DNA of 64,000 bases from Dimorphilus gyrociliatus (lineage: Eukaryota; Animalia; Annelida). Below the pieces are notes generated by a model. The model was not told where the DNA came from. It worked only from the letters and a program-made list of their open reading frames with translations, and ran no database searches. Positions within the stretch are counted from its first letter, which is position 1; each line of letters starts with the position of its first letter. The stretch is from the NCBI GenBank assembly GCA_904063045.1, contig CAJFCJ010000009.1:1034942-1098941 (forward strand), written 5' to 3'. The position numbers were made by a program, and so were the translations under genes. Below are positions 43,426 through 56,500 of this stretch, piece by piece.

Positions 43426-44610
43426 ATTTTGTATTTCTTAGTTATTTGTTTTTTTTTTTAAAAACAATTTTAATTGTGAAAAATTTATTGAAAATCTCAA
43501 AACCAAGTTTGTAAACTTTTTTTCTTCAATGTACCTTTGCACTTGGATTTCAATTTGCTGAATGTTTGTTTTTGTTCCGTGCCTTGAATGTAATTAATTA
43601 AAAAAATTGATACAAATCATCTTTCTGTGTCCTTTGACTTTTAAAAATTTTCTACATCCTTTCGTAAGAAGTGAAATAGCTTTTAAATACTTAGAAAAGA
43701 TGTACGATAGTTAATAAGATTAAACTCCTCCTTTCTTGTGTTAACTGGAAATAATATGTAATTAGGAAGTCAATCAAATAAGATGATAAGGCCATAACCT
43801 TGAAATATCAGGAAACAGGAGGAAAATCGTGGTAAGTATTCTACGTTATTGATTTCTAATTTAATTCGTCGATCGTATTTAATTACAGTAAAAAAAAGCT
43901 TTAATTACTCCTTATTAAAATAAGTTTAATGGCTGTAGTTGCTAGTTTTCGACATATTAGCAAACCGTATTTTTGTTTAAAAATGCATTTATTCCAGAAA
44001 ACAAAATATAGTAAATATATAATCACCAATCAATGCAAAATCAACATTTTTATAAATATTCAAACTCCGATGCAAAAATTATAATCAACATTTACAATAT
44101 TATGGCCACGTTAGAGAAATATTAAAATCAAACTTCAACTTAATAGGTTCACACCTATAAATATAATATTCAAAGCCTATATTCAAAAATTCTTTTACAG
44201 ATGCATAAAAGATTTACAAGGTAAAGAATTTTACGTTAGAAAAGTCATATTGTTTATAAGTGTTCTTATTAAACCATATATGATGTATAACTTAACATAA
44301 TTATAGAATTTTATTACAATGATTAAAGATGTTTTAAGTGTTTAGTTAATTAATTACATAAAAAATTTTTGTCTTTGATATTCTCCGCTACTACTATTCA
44401 TCTATTTATTTATCTATCAATCAATCTATCGAATCTATCAATCCATCTAAGCATTTACCTATTTCTTTTGTTTTCTTAAACGTAAAATTGAAGTCTACAG
44501 GATATTTTGCTTATAGTAAAACTCTGCGAAAATAACGCAAAACGTAAACAAATGTTGTCAGAAGAAGGTTAATTACTTTAAACAATAATACTAATAATAA
44601 TAACAGAGTT

Positions 44611-44635
44611 TATATATATATATATATATATATAT
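44611..44635. repeat. (TA)n microsatellite
   Basis: Pure TA run in the probable FLVCR 3' UTR. Confidence 0.9.
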
Positions 44636-44744
44636 CGTATATATACATATATAGAAAGTACTAGGCAAATCCTACTGACAAAAATTCCCTTTTGCAAATG
44701 GAAAAAACTGACATATTTATTATTCTTTACCAATTTTTGCCCAT

Positions 44745-47553
44745 TTAAATGTTTTTTTCTGAACATTTGTTATGGATTTCTACACCATTTTCTTTCAATG
44801 TTACAGCTTCGTCTTGAACCACCATCTGTTAAAAGTATACATATACTATACAAATATTTATATAAACAAATGATTATTTTCATTTCTAAGGGTAAAATAG
44901 AGTTATATATTATATATATGAAATTATTATCTGCGTAGTTATAGAAGGAAAGAGTAAAATTTTTTTTACCTCAACTTCATAGGTTCCGGCCCTTTGACGT
45001 TTTAAATCAGATTGGATTAGTACTGTTAGAACGGACATGGATTATTTCTTGACAATATATTTTAGTAGAACTGCATTAAATTATTATTTTTTATCATTAC
45101 CAGTTCCAATGGTTCCAACCAATAAGGAAATTGACACAGCCAAATTGGCGTAAAACGAATCGAATTTAGATATAATAATTCCCATTCCCATCGTAGAAAC
45201 TATACCAAAGGCCTGTGCAGATGCATTTAATAAGCCAGAAGAGGTACCCTCGCTTTCTGGATAGGTAATTTCGGCTGCAAATTCGAAGCCTACCGGTAGA
45301 TAACCAGTCATGAAAAACCTAAATTATAGAAGTAGTTTGTATTTCTTTGTAGTTGGTTTGTATAAAATATTGTACGCTATATTTTACCCTAAAAGTCCAG
45401 AGCAAAGGAAGGCAATCCATATTTTACTAAGAAACTTTAACGTTAATGTAAAAATTATCATTCCAGTGAAAGATAAGAAGTATATACCAACAGTAGTTGA
45501 CCTATAATAGACAAAAAAAAAATAAAGAAAATATAACAGCTATAACAATGACTTATTCGCTACTTATTCACTTACTTATACCACTTCGTTTTATCTAACC
45601 AAAATCCAGCTATAATTGACCCAGCTACTCCAGCTAATACTAGAGTCAGACCTATTCTACCCGCGACAATTTCCTCATTCTATAATTAAGAAAAAAATGT
45701 ATGTATTGATCATTTCTGTTTTGAAGAGAATTTATAAACAATCTACATAAATGCAGTATACTGTATATGGTATATTAAATAATACAAATCTATTAGTATA
45801 TAAATTATATATACTGTATACTGTATATATAAGAAACATACTAATGTATCGAAATAAAAACATATAATCTAAATTATCATATAGATATGAACTATTGAAA
45901 CTATAATGGCTTTCTTAAGGGGAATAAAACAACATAGGATTATAATTAGTCATACCGATTGATGATCCAGCTGATAGAAAATGAATAAGATTAGAGAGTA
46001 AAGATTCTCTTTCTTTTAAAGTACATTCGATAATTAAAGTGTTATTTTGTTTTTGATGAATTAGGGAGAGTTTTATTTCAAATACTAAATAAGTCATTGT
46101 GCTTTACAATATAGTAAGACGAATACACCCGAAATGGTACATTCGTGCTGTTATAAGATGTACCCATCACTCCGAATAATTTTTAAACATGAATAATCTT
46201 TGAGTGGATAACTCACCGGAAAATATTCAAGGATGATAGGATTTAAGAGTGTTCCAATAGCATAATACGATCCTGTATTGATTCCTGTTAGATATAACAA
46301 TAATTCATTTTGAGATTAAGCTCGATTGAACGGGAATGAATAAGGAACTTATAAAAAGTAAAATATCGATATCAGATAAACTAGATTTGGATTGGATATT
46401 AACCGTAGGTCAAAGCTAAGAGGACAAAAGGCTTATTAAGCAGCAATCTCTTTAGTGATGCTAAATAATCCGCAGCCATTTCGTTTTCTACTTCCTCGAG
46501 AAGCCTTGCTTGAGCAGTGGAAGGGGGAATTGGAGGCGATTTTTTGAATACTGTTTAATAGAAAAACAAGATAGATAATGTAAAATTACAGTACATTATA
46601 ATCTATGCCTATATACAGTATGTATGTGTATGATTGCTTATCTGCACTAGTTTGCCTTTGTCGTAAGTATAACACTATAATTACATATGAGCTATACTCA
46701 CAAAAAACCATAAGAATAAATATTAAAGTTGTAAATCCTGCAGTTCCATACATCATATATTTAAATCTTTTGCCCATTAATTCCTTATCTGCAGCTTCCG
46801 GTACTATTTCTGGTGGTAATAAAAATCCGATGGCCACACCAACTTGATTACCAAAAACTCCCAGTGCTGTCGCAGTACTAACTTCATTGGGGCCAAACCA
46901 AACGGCTGCTAGACGAGCGGGAATACCTAGTATAAAAACTTGGGCAACAGCGCAAACCGCTTGGGCCATCATTAGAATAGGAAACCTTTCCGGATGAACA
47001 GCAATTACTGCAAAGATTATTAATCAAGTTTTTATTTCAATTTTAAAATAAATTAAGTTTTAAAAGAAAAATTCTTTAAATTATTAAAATGAAAAATATT
47101 GTAAACGCTAAAATATTATTTTGATCAATAACCTTTGACCCAAGCTCCCAAGGCGTTCAAAAATGCACCACATAATCCGCACATTCGTAATCCTTTTTTA
47201 TCTAGAAGCCATGTTGCGGGAAAGATAAGAGGTATATAAGCTAACATATACAGCATTGACAACCAATCAATTGCAACTCTTCTTTCATAAAACTTTTCTG
47301 GTAAACTTGAGTTATAGTAGCTTTCTATAATATTCGATATGATATTTAAATGTATCCATTGATAAGCGTTCGATAGGGAATAAAGGCAGAAAATTAAAAG
47401 GATTAACCATCTTCTCTTGTAGACTCTAGGGATGATTGAGGGTTGTTTAATGAGAGGTCTAGGCAGTTTATCATGTTTCTTTTCCGGCTTAGATAGAAGA
47501 CTTTCATCTGCTCTTGTATTATCGTCATTATCAACATTATCCGAATCTTTCAT
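44745..47553 (-). CDS. FLVCR2: FLVCR-family MFS transporter (SLC49, choline/ethanolamine or heme), spliced
   Basis: [134 protein letters not shown] and [13 protein letters not shown]1 versus FLVCR2 is not resolvable. Confidence 0.88.
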
Positions 47554-47613
47554 TTTACTTTAGGCTCTTCTGTTTGAATTAAAATATCAATATTACGTTT
47601 AATAAATATTGTA

Positions 47614-47619
<6 letters not shown>

Positions 47620-47659
<40 letters not shown>
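47620..47659. repeat. (TA)n microsatellite
   Basis: About 40-nt pure TA run just upstream of the FLVCR first coding exon acceptor. Confidence 0.9.
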
Positions 47660-47661
<2 letters not shown>

Positions 47662-49007
47662 ATCAATAAACGTATCAGCTGCACAATACAATCTATTAAG
47701 CTTGCCAACATCAAATTGCGTCAACAATTAATAGTAGAAATACTAGAACTCCTTAGAAAACCAGTAGGAAAATGGAGATTAGCAAGAAAGGTTACATACA
47801 AATGTCTACATATTTTATAACTTATTTAATTTGTTGACAATGATTAAAGCCAGAATTCTGAATGCAAGATATACTATAATTCATATACAGTACAAGACAT
47901 ATATTGTATATAACTATACGTGCAATTAATAGATTTTTTAAAATGAAATATTCTTATTCGGATATGATTCATAGCGAAACGAATATTTAGTGAATAATGA
48001 GTACAGTACCTGAAATTTAGCGAAGAGACCTTTTTCTGCAATTGATTATAAATTGTTCTATAAAGCAATCAAATAAAATAGAGATCCATCATGTGTATAT
48101 TACATGTTGTATTTTTCTTGTTTACCTTTGATAGTTATTCTTTTCTTTATGTTAGAATTATTATCATTTCGAGAATAATCGTTAAATATTAATTAATTGG
48201 TAAACTCTTCAAACGATTGTCCTCATGGTTCAGATAATCATTTCGAAATAAAACTAGAAGAATTAAATTGCAGTTTTCCTATGTGTACGATAGGGGGCGT
48301 TGAAAGGGAGGAGAAAAGATCAATTTTTCTAGAGTATAACTAGGCTAACAGCCAAGTCGAATGAATGTGGACGTTATGTCTTTCAGTAAGCAGTTATAGG
48401 GATATAAGAATCAATGATACAATACAAGGCCAAGAATAGCTAATAGTTTTCAACCATAGATGGAGTTGTCAGATATAATAAATGAATTTTTTATTAGTTG
48501 TATTCAATCTATAAGAAAAAAAACCCCTTATATCTTAACAAAGAGTTTCTTATTCCCTTTCTTTATTATCAGATCATATTTTATTATAAAACAGGAAATT
48601 TTGTAAGACGAAATACAATAATTTATTACCTTGCTACTTGCTATGTGAAAACTTTTACAGACTATGCAAAGAAGTAGCATTAAATATTACACAAGTTATT
48701 GGAATTATTCAATAATAATTCCATGAATAGAACATTTCAATTCCCTTTAAAAATGTCAGAACTATTGCGTAAATTTTGTTTAGCGGGAACTCTTGAAAAA
48801 ATCGAATAATGCGAAAGCGATATATCAATAAATATAGTATGATTTTCGTATAAAACATATTGTTTTCACTTTGTATTACGTAGACAACGTAAGCGGTTGA
48901 AATATAGTTTGTGATACTTATTATGATTGTTATCCTATTTGCTCTATTATACTGATCCATTAGAGTAAAAGATAGATAGAAGAGACCGTGAGAAAGAGGC
49001 AGTCTCA

Positions 49008-49054
49008 TATAAATACATATATATATATATACTGTATATATATATATATATATA
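49008..49054. repeat. (TA)n microsatellite, interrupted
   Basis: TA runs flanking a short CTG interruption. Confidence 0.85.
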
Positions 49055-49550
49055 CAAAACGTATTGAAAAATTACTTACTCAAATTCTGAATTGAAGGTA
49101 GAAAGAAAATGAAATGTTCAGCCATAAATATCTTACAAAATTCTATCAGCTGCTGCCTTCTTTCACTATGTAAAGAGAAGCTATTTCTAACAGTGTTTAT
49201 ATAATTCTACACTGAGTTTTCTTTCTTAATAGTATAGGAATAAATAGGCCAGTTTTACCAACCTGTAACACGTTATTATTACGCCTAAAGTACGATAAAT
49301 TCCATCAACTTATTAAAATAATCAACAGGAATCTTTCAAAAATCTCTTCAAAAAGGTTAAAACAAAATAAACAGTCTATCTATTCTATAATTAGCTCATT
49401 ATAGAATATAGCTAACGAAAAAAAGAAACATATGCTTAAATAGTGTATTTTAATGAGTTATTTCAATAATATTGTTATTCGTGTATTATTATGTGTCAGA
49501 TTATTTATTAAATTGATAAAATCTGTTATTTAAAGTTTAAAATTCCAAAT

Positions 49551-49559
49551 TTTCCCGCG
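49551..49559. promoter_or_regulatory. E2F-like site in the divergent FLVCR / hexosaminidase spacer
   Basis: TTTCCCGCG matches the TTTSSCGC consensus in otherwise AT-rich DNA. Confidence 0.3.
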
Positions 49560-49817
49560 AAAAAAAATGCAAGTATTATAATCTATCGAATTTGGTTCCA
49601 AATTTCTTCTCCTCCATGAAGCTTCATGATATCTTCTCTGTACTTAAGATTACGCGCATATGAATATTTATTCAATATTGCTTGACTAAATATTACAATC
49701 TGTGATATTCTGCATTGCATTATCGCTTGCATAGAAGCCCAGTAAGATTACATCTCTCTGATACTCCTCTGAGTGATAATATGGATAGTTTCTTTGATTG
49801 AAAATTAATTCTGAGAG

Positions 49818-52593
49818 ATGTACCCAAGAGTAACGTTGAAATTTGAAAAAGTCGTCAAATGCTTCTTTATAGTATTTGGAATTATCCTGTTATTTATTTT
49901 CTATATTGGAGTACCGAAATCCGATCCTAAACGAAAAGGGACAAGGAATAATTTACAGGCAAACATAAAGAGTGAGAGGACTCAGTATGCCTCACTTTCA
50001 GATGTTGGTTTATTTCTAAAAGTATCGATTAAAGTATTCAAGTCTAACGGGAGTGTTACTATTGTTTTCACAAATACTGGGATAAAGACGATTTTCTTCG
50101 ACGACGATTGGTTTATAGCTCTGAGTGTTACCAATGGAAAATATAATAATTTCGATAAGTTCCATTGCAAAAGAGAAAATAATGTTCTTGATGGATTTTT
50201 CATAACTATATGTCCTGATGTACCTATATTAGAAGGCCAATCAGTTAGCCTATCCATGCAGAAACGTTCAGTTATTAGAAGCAATTTCTTTCCTAACTGG
50301 TACGTTGCAGACTCCAAATTGAATTTCGTTTTACTAGAAAGTACTAAAGACGAAGATTGCAATTTTGTCCATTTTATGGATGATGTAGACGAACGGGAAG
50401 AGCGAAGGGGCTTTGAAAGTTTATCAGCAGAAGGTTCAACACTTGACGAAGATGTTTCATTAAAAATTTTACCAAAACCATTGAAACTTCGCAAATTAAG
50501 TAATGACGTTGTAAGATTAAATCACGATGATTTTAGAATTGTTATTTCGAATGGTCTAAATTTAGAAGCATTCTACTTATCAGGTAAAGAGAACTAAATC
50601 AATATATTATTAATATTTTTCTAGATAATTAACAGTTATTCAATTATTTACTTTTGTCAGATCGTACAGGAATTCCGTTATTTAATCACGAAACAGACGT
50701 ACCTAGTTCAATGAAACAGATAGAGTTAAAGCTGTTAGATAAATTAGATATAGATTGTAAAGAATGCTCAGTCAGAAACGGTGGTTATAAGATTAGAGTC
50801 ATTCCAGAAAATGAAATAATTATCATTGAAGCTGTAACAAGAGAAGGTATTATGAGTGGTATTCAAAGTTTTATAAGTATTAATAATGAGGGTCAAGTTC
50901 CCCATGTCTTAATTATTGATGCCCCAAGGTAATTTTAAATTATCTATTTACAATTAATTGAAAGTAATTAGATCATTTATTAAACTAGATACGATTATCG
51001 TGGTATTCACGTTGATACTGCCAGAAATTTTGTCGATAAAGAAGAAATATTTAAAATATTAGAGATTATGGCTCTCTACAAAATGAATAAGTTCATATTT
51101 CAACTCGCCGACGACGAAGCATGGCGTCTAGAAGTACCTTCGATTCCCGAACTCACCGATTACGGGTCTAAAAGGAGTTTTTGTAATACGAAAGAATGCG
51201 AGTTTATGCTTCCCTATTTGGGTTCTGATCCTACTGATGAGGCGAGAAAATTGTACAATGTAGCTGATTATAAAGAGATATTGAAAAAAGCGGAATCTTT
51301 TAGTATTGAAGTAATTCCGCTTATTGATTTACCTGGTCATTCCAAAGCTGCTATAAAAGCAGTTAAAAAAAGAAACGATATTAGATTAGACGATGATGAT
51401 GACGCCTCTTCTTACAATTCCATTCAAGGCTATTCGAATAACGTTATTAATTCGTGCTTGAATAGTACCTGGAATTTTTATTCCATCATTTTAAGTACTC
51501 TTACGAACTTGCATGAGGAAATTCAACCTCTAAAAAGATTTCATATTGGAGCTGATGAAGTACCAAGAGAAGCCTGCTCTCTGAGTCCAGCATGTAAGAA
51601 AATCGGAGTTAAAAGTTGCCATAATTATGGCGTACAAAAAATCATTAAACTTGCGAAAAAGCATAATATTAAAGTTCAAGCTTGGGCCGATGCAGTTTTA
51701 GCTATAAGTTCTAAAACTGTTACGAAAATTCCACAGAGTGTTAAGGATAATTTATTACTTAATCTATGGAGACCGGAGTCCCATAGAGCACCGTTACTTT
51801 TATCTAAAGGGTTTAATCTTATTGTATCGAATGCAGATTATTATTATTTAGATCAACCCGATACACCCTATGGAGATTCTTGGGGTTTAAATTGGGCTGC
51901 TAAATATATTGATATGAAAAAAATCTTTAGGTCTTCTCCAGCCAAATTAGCAACTTGTAAGAACTGTTCGATAAATTCTGGTAAAATAGCTGGTATTCAG
52001 GGCAGCGTTTGGACAGAAACAATACGAACTAGTCATAGACTAGATGAAATGATTTTCCCTCGTCTTTTAGCAATTGCTGAAAGAGGATGGTCTAAACCAT
52101 TATTTGAAGACTCACCAGCAGAATTTAATAAAGAATGGAATGAATTTCGTAATATTGTTAGTAGAAATGAGCTTCCACGCCTAGAAGAATTAGGTGTTGA
52201 ATACTCTCTTCCAAGACCCTACGTTGGGTAAATATTTACCTTTAAATTATATATAAACTACACTATTTATAAAATCGAATTATTATAAAATTCTACTTTT
52301 CTTATTCTAAAATAGGATTAAGAATGGGTTAGTGGAAGCCTATACTGAATATCCAACATTGCCCATAGTTTATACAACGGATAAAATTCAATACAAATTA
52401 TTCATTCAAAAATCTCGATTAGAAGATGGAATTTACTATTTTTCTTCAAGGTTAATTTATTGAAAATACGAAGAAAGTGTAATATTTTTTAATTATAATT
52501 TAAATTTTTAGAACATTTAACGTAAACGAGAGGAAAAGAAGATATAGCCTTCCAAGACGAGTGCATATATCAAGAGGTTCAATAACCTACTAA
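49818..52593 (+). CDS. GH20 beta-N-acetylhexosaminidase, bacterial chitobiase-type architecture, with N-terminal type II membrane anchor; five exons
   Basis: Exons 49818-50583, 50661-50928, 50989-52227, 52316-52450 and 52512-52593. Motifs DAPR|YDYRGIHVDTARNF, MALYKMNKF..LADDEAWRLE, IDLPGH, catalytic HIGADEV, and GIQGSVWTETIR...FPRLLAIAERGW. Confidence 0.92.
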
Positions 52594-53335
52594 CATTTCT
52601 CTGGTATCTAAATATTAACAGAGCTGAACAAAGTCTTCTAGCAGTAGAAATCCAACTAGTACATTTTGCGTGTCCTCTTTTTAAGTCACTTTTACCATTA
52701 TTTGAAGTCTTGATTTCTTGTACTATTAGTAATTGTAGAAAATTACCAAAAAGTTAATTTTTTTATAAATGGTTGCTATGGGACGTAGGCAATTTGTATT
52801 TTAGGAAAGACAAGAGAGTATAGTCATATGATAGACCAAAGAAAATAGCCTAGAGGCTAAAGACAATGTGATTACGAGATCGAAAAGAAATCGTTATAGG
52901 CAAGAAGATCTTTGATACAACTGATATACATAAAAACTTCAAATAGAGGGAGCGGGAAGGGATGATAAAGATTAATTGAAAAGGTGATTGTATCTTCCAA
53001 CAGAAAATTTATAAATGAACAGGGATTTATTGTAGGAATCGGACGATGCAATAATGTTAAAGTGGTCAATTTGAAATTGGAAATTCAATTAATAGGGTAG
53101 AATTTATGAAACAAGAAATAATTATTTTTTAAATAATGATAAATATTTTTTTAAAAAGAGGATAATAGCTATGTCTCTATGCTCTAGTCCTTCAACTATT
53201 ACAGATATTCTTATCTAGAAAGAAACTGCACTGTTAATTTTTACTTTTCTTTGATGTAAGTTTTTTCAAAATTATTCTTTCGTTTCAAACTAGACTTTTC
53301 TAACTTACCATCTCCCAAATCCGCCCTCTCTTCCA

Positions 53336-53358
53336 CTCCTCCTCCTCCTCCTCCTCCT
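53336..53358. repeat. (CTC)n trinucleotide microsatellite
   Basis: About 8 tandem CTC units upstream of the dynein gene. Confidence 0.85.
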
Positions 53359-53593
53359 CTTCTCCTATTTGCTATATCTACGTATCTGTCAGATATTTAT
53401 TTTGATAGACAGGAAATTAACGTAAAAATGCATTTGATTTTTTAACTTAACGACGTTGTTTGTATTTCGAGAAGTGTTCTTTTTGTTTAAAAATATAATC
53501 TACTTTTTAAAAAGAAAGATGAACTGTGTTTTTGTTTTTTAAAAATTACATAAAATAATTAATATCCATTATTTAAATATAGATATTTTATAT

Positions 53594-56500
53594 ATGAAAA
53601 ATATGTCGGATAAGTCCAAGTCGGATATATGGAAAAAAACTAAAATTGCTGATTCATCCTTATCAGCGAATTTATCATCAATGAGTGGTTTTAGAGGTAG
53701 CGGAAGACGTAAGACTAATTTTTTAGTATTGCAGCAAGAATATCTAAAAGAGCAGCAATTAGCTCAATTACTTAAAGAAAAGAGAATAGCTGACTTGAGG
53801 CCTATTCATTATCTTATTCTAAATGATGTTTCACAAGTGTTTAATAGCGATCTTAAATTTACTTTAGACTGCGTTATGGATACTTCAGAGGTGTGCTTGT
53901 TTAGTTTAACAAATATACATATATAAATGTATACATATAGACATTACAACACTTAGCAATTTCAACTGTTTGAATCTTTCGTCGGTGAATTTGGAAGGAA
54001 TTCTTTAATGTTTTTCCGACAATTCGTTAAGAATCAGCAACGGATTTTTATCGCTGATGGTACAAGAGAAGAGTTTTCTGGTCAATGTATTATATTCCTT
54101 AAGAATAATCCGCAAATACAGTTAGAAGAAGAGAATTTTTACGATATTGTAAATATGTGTCAAATGGATAATTCCTTACCTTCGAATACTGTATTAATGT
54201 CTGCTGTTGAACCTCTTAGATTGGTTGGATCATATATTCTTTACTTGAATACTTTAATAAATTCAATCAATAAGATAAAATATAAGAGGATATGATCCAA
54301 TAAAAGGTTTTTTATCCATTATTAAAGAAAACTTTCGAAATTCAGGCTAATACCAATGGAGACGAAAATGAACCCTGTCGCGTTTCCGCTTATAAACCGG
54401 AAATTAAATCTGTAAATCCACTGGATTTTTTAGGTCAAATTGACAATTTTATATCGACTTTGACTGATATGGAAAATAGTTTTAACGAAAGTGTTAAATT
54501 GGAAATTTCACATGAAGATGAAATTATAGACGGCTTTGATATCACTAAATTAGACTATCAAACTTCGGTAAAATGTTCAAATAATACAGCAGTTATAAAA
54601 AGGTAAAGTTACTTATTAACATATTACGTAATAAGAATTGAACATCATCTAATATTATCAAAGAATGGAAGTAATCCTTATGAAATGGTTAAAAGTTATA
54701 GAACAAACTCTTATGACAACTAGACAAATGAGGCGAGAAGCTGATGATTCTGGACCCTTATCGGAATTAGAACATTGGCGTCATTTAACCGTTAAATTTC
54801 ATATTTTAATAGATACACTTAATAAACAACCAGTTAGCGGATTAACATTATGTATGTCGATCATAAAGCATCCTTTATTGAGAACCTGGAAAGAAGTTGA
54901 AAATAAAGTAATTAATATGGCTAATGAAGCAAGGGACAACCTAAAGTTTCTATATACTTTAGAAAGTTGTTGTAAGCCATTATACGAAGATACTCCTATA
55001 GAAATTATTAATCATATACCAAGTATCATTAATACCATACGGATGATAAAGGCTGTCTCTATGTACTAAAAATTTAATAAGAAAATAACAATCTATTATT
55101 ATATACAACTTAAATCTTACAGGTATTACAACACTTCAGAAAGAGTTACATCGTTGTTTGTCAAAATAACTAATCAAATGATTAAAGCTTGTCGAAAATA
55201 TCTAACTAATGGGCAACCTGGACAAAGGATATGGGATTTTCCAACAGATTTAGAATTAAAAAGGATAAAAGATTGTCATAATCTTTATCAATCTTATCAA
55301 GATATTTTTCACGAAGTTCAAGAATCTATTGTTTTAACTCCTGGCGAAAAAAATTTAGAAATAAGCGAAACGTATATTTTCGGTAAATTCGATTCATTCT
55401 GTAAAAGATTAGATAAAGTTGGTGGCTTATTGAATTATGTACGAACTTATTCGACGCTTAAATATTCAAAAATTGAAGGAATTGAATCGATATGGAAAAA
55501 ATTTGAATCGATTTTTATTAAAATGAAAAATCAAGATTACGATCCTCTTGACTATAAGAATTTATCATTTGATAATGATTGCAATGAATTTGATCATTTT
55601 GCTTATGATTTAGAAGCTCAACTGCAAAATTTTATGAATAGTAAATTTCAATCAATTGATTGTATGTTCCACTCTTGTACGCTTCTAAAGAGATTTGAAG
55701 CTTTAAATCTACCAAGATTACCTATCAAAGCCACTTATAAACATTTGTTTCTATCTTTTGGACACGCAATTGAAGGATTTATAAATGTTTGTTTTATATT
55801 TAATCTCCTTTGATTTAATAACTAAAATCCTGTACAGTATTATAATAAGTTTAGAAACAAGCCGGAATGTCCGTTTTTATCATCATCTTTTGGAGGACGT
55901 ATTCTATGGAGTAGGAATTTATTGAAACGATTAGAGACGACGATGAAATTCTTCGAATCCGAAAAAAGCGTCTTTTACGGTAATGACAGTCAACGATGCG
56001 TCGCCTGCTATAATCGTTTAATAACTGCTTTATGCCAATATGAAAAGCTTCAACACGAAGCATGGATTAAATCAGTTGAGGATATTAAAAATAATCTTCA
56101 AAGTCCACTTCTCTATAAAATCACTGATAAAGATCAATTAGTTCTCAATTTTGATTGGCACATAAAGGAGACGATAAAGGAAGGTGAACTAATGAAAAAA
56201 TTGCATATGGATATACCAGATGACGTCGTTCAACTTATATACGAAAAGAAAGAGATAGATGGTTATTACCATTCTTTAAATCTATTTATAAACGATTTAG
56301 AGAATGTTAAAGCGAATATTCCAAATATCTTAAAGAGTATTGTTAAACCTTTATTTAAAGTAACTAGTATTAAATTTAATTAATTAACTCTAATTGCTTA
56401 TCTTATTAACTAATCTATTAAATAGAAATTGGATATGATAATACAACCAGGTCTTACAACTTTAACCTGGTCCTCTATTAGTATTCAATTATTTGCCGAT

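Noticed and set aside
49818-52593. Bacterial contamination or recent HGT for the chitobiase-type gene
   Set aside because: Four canonical introns of host-typical size and host-like base composition.
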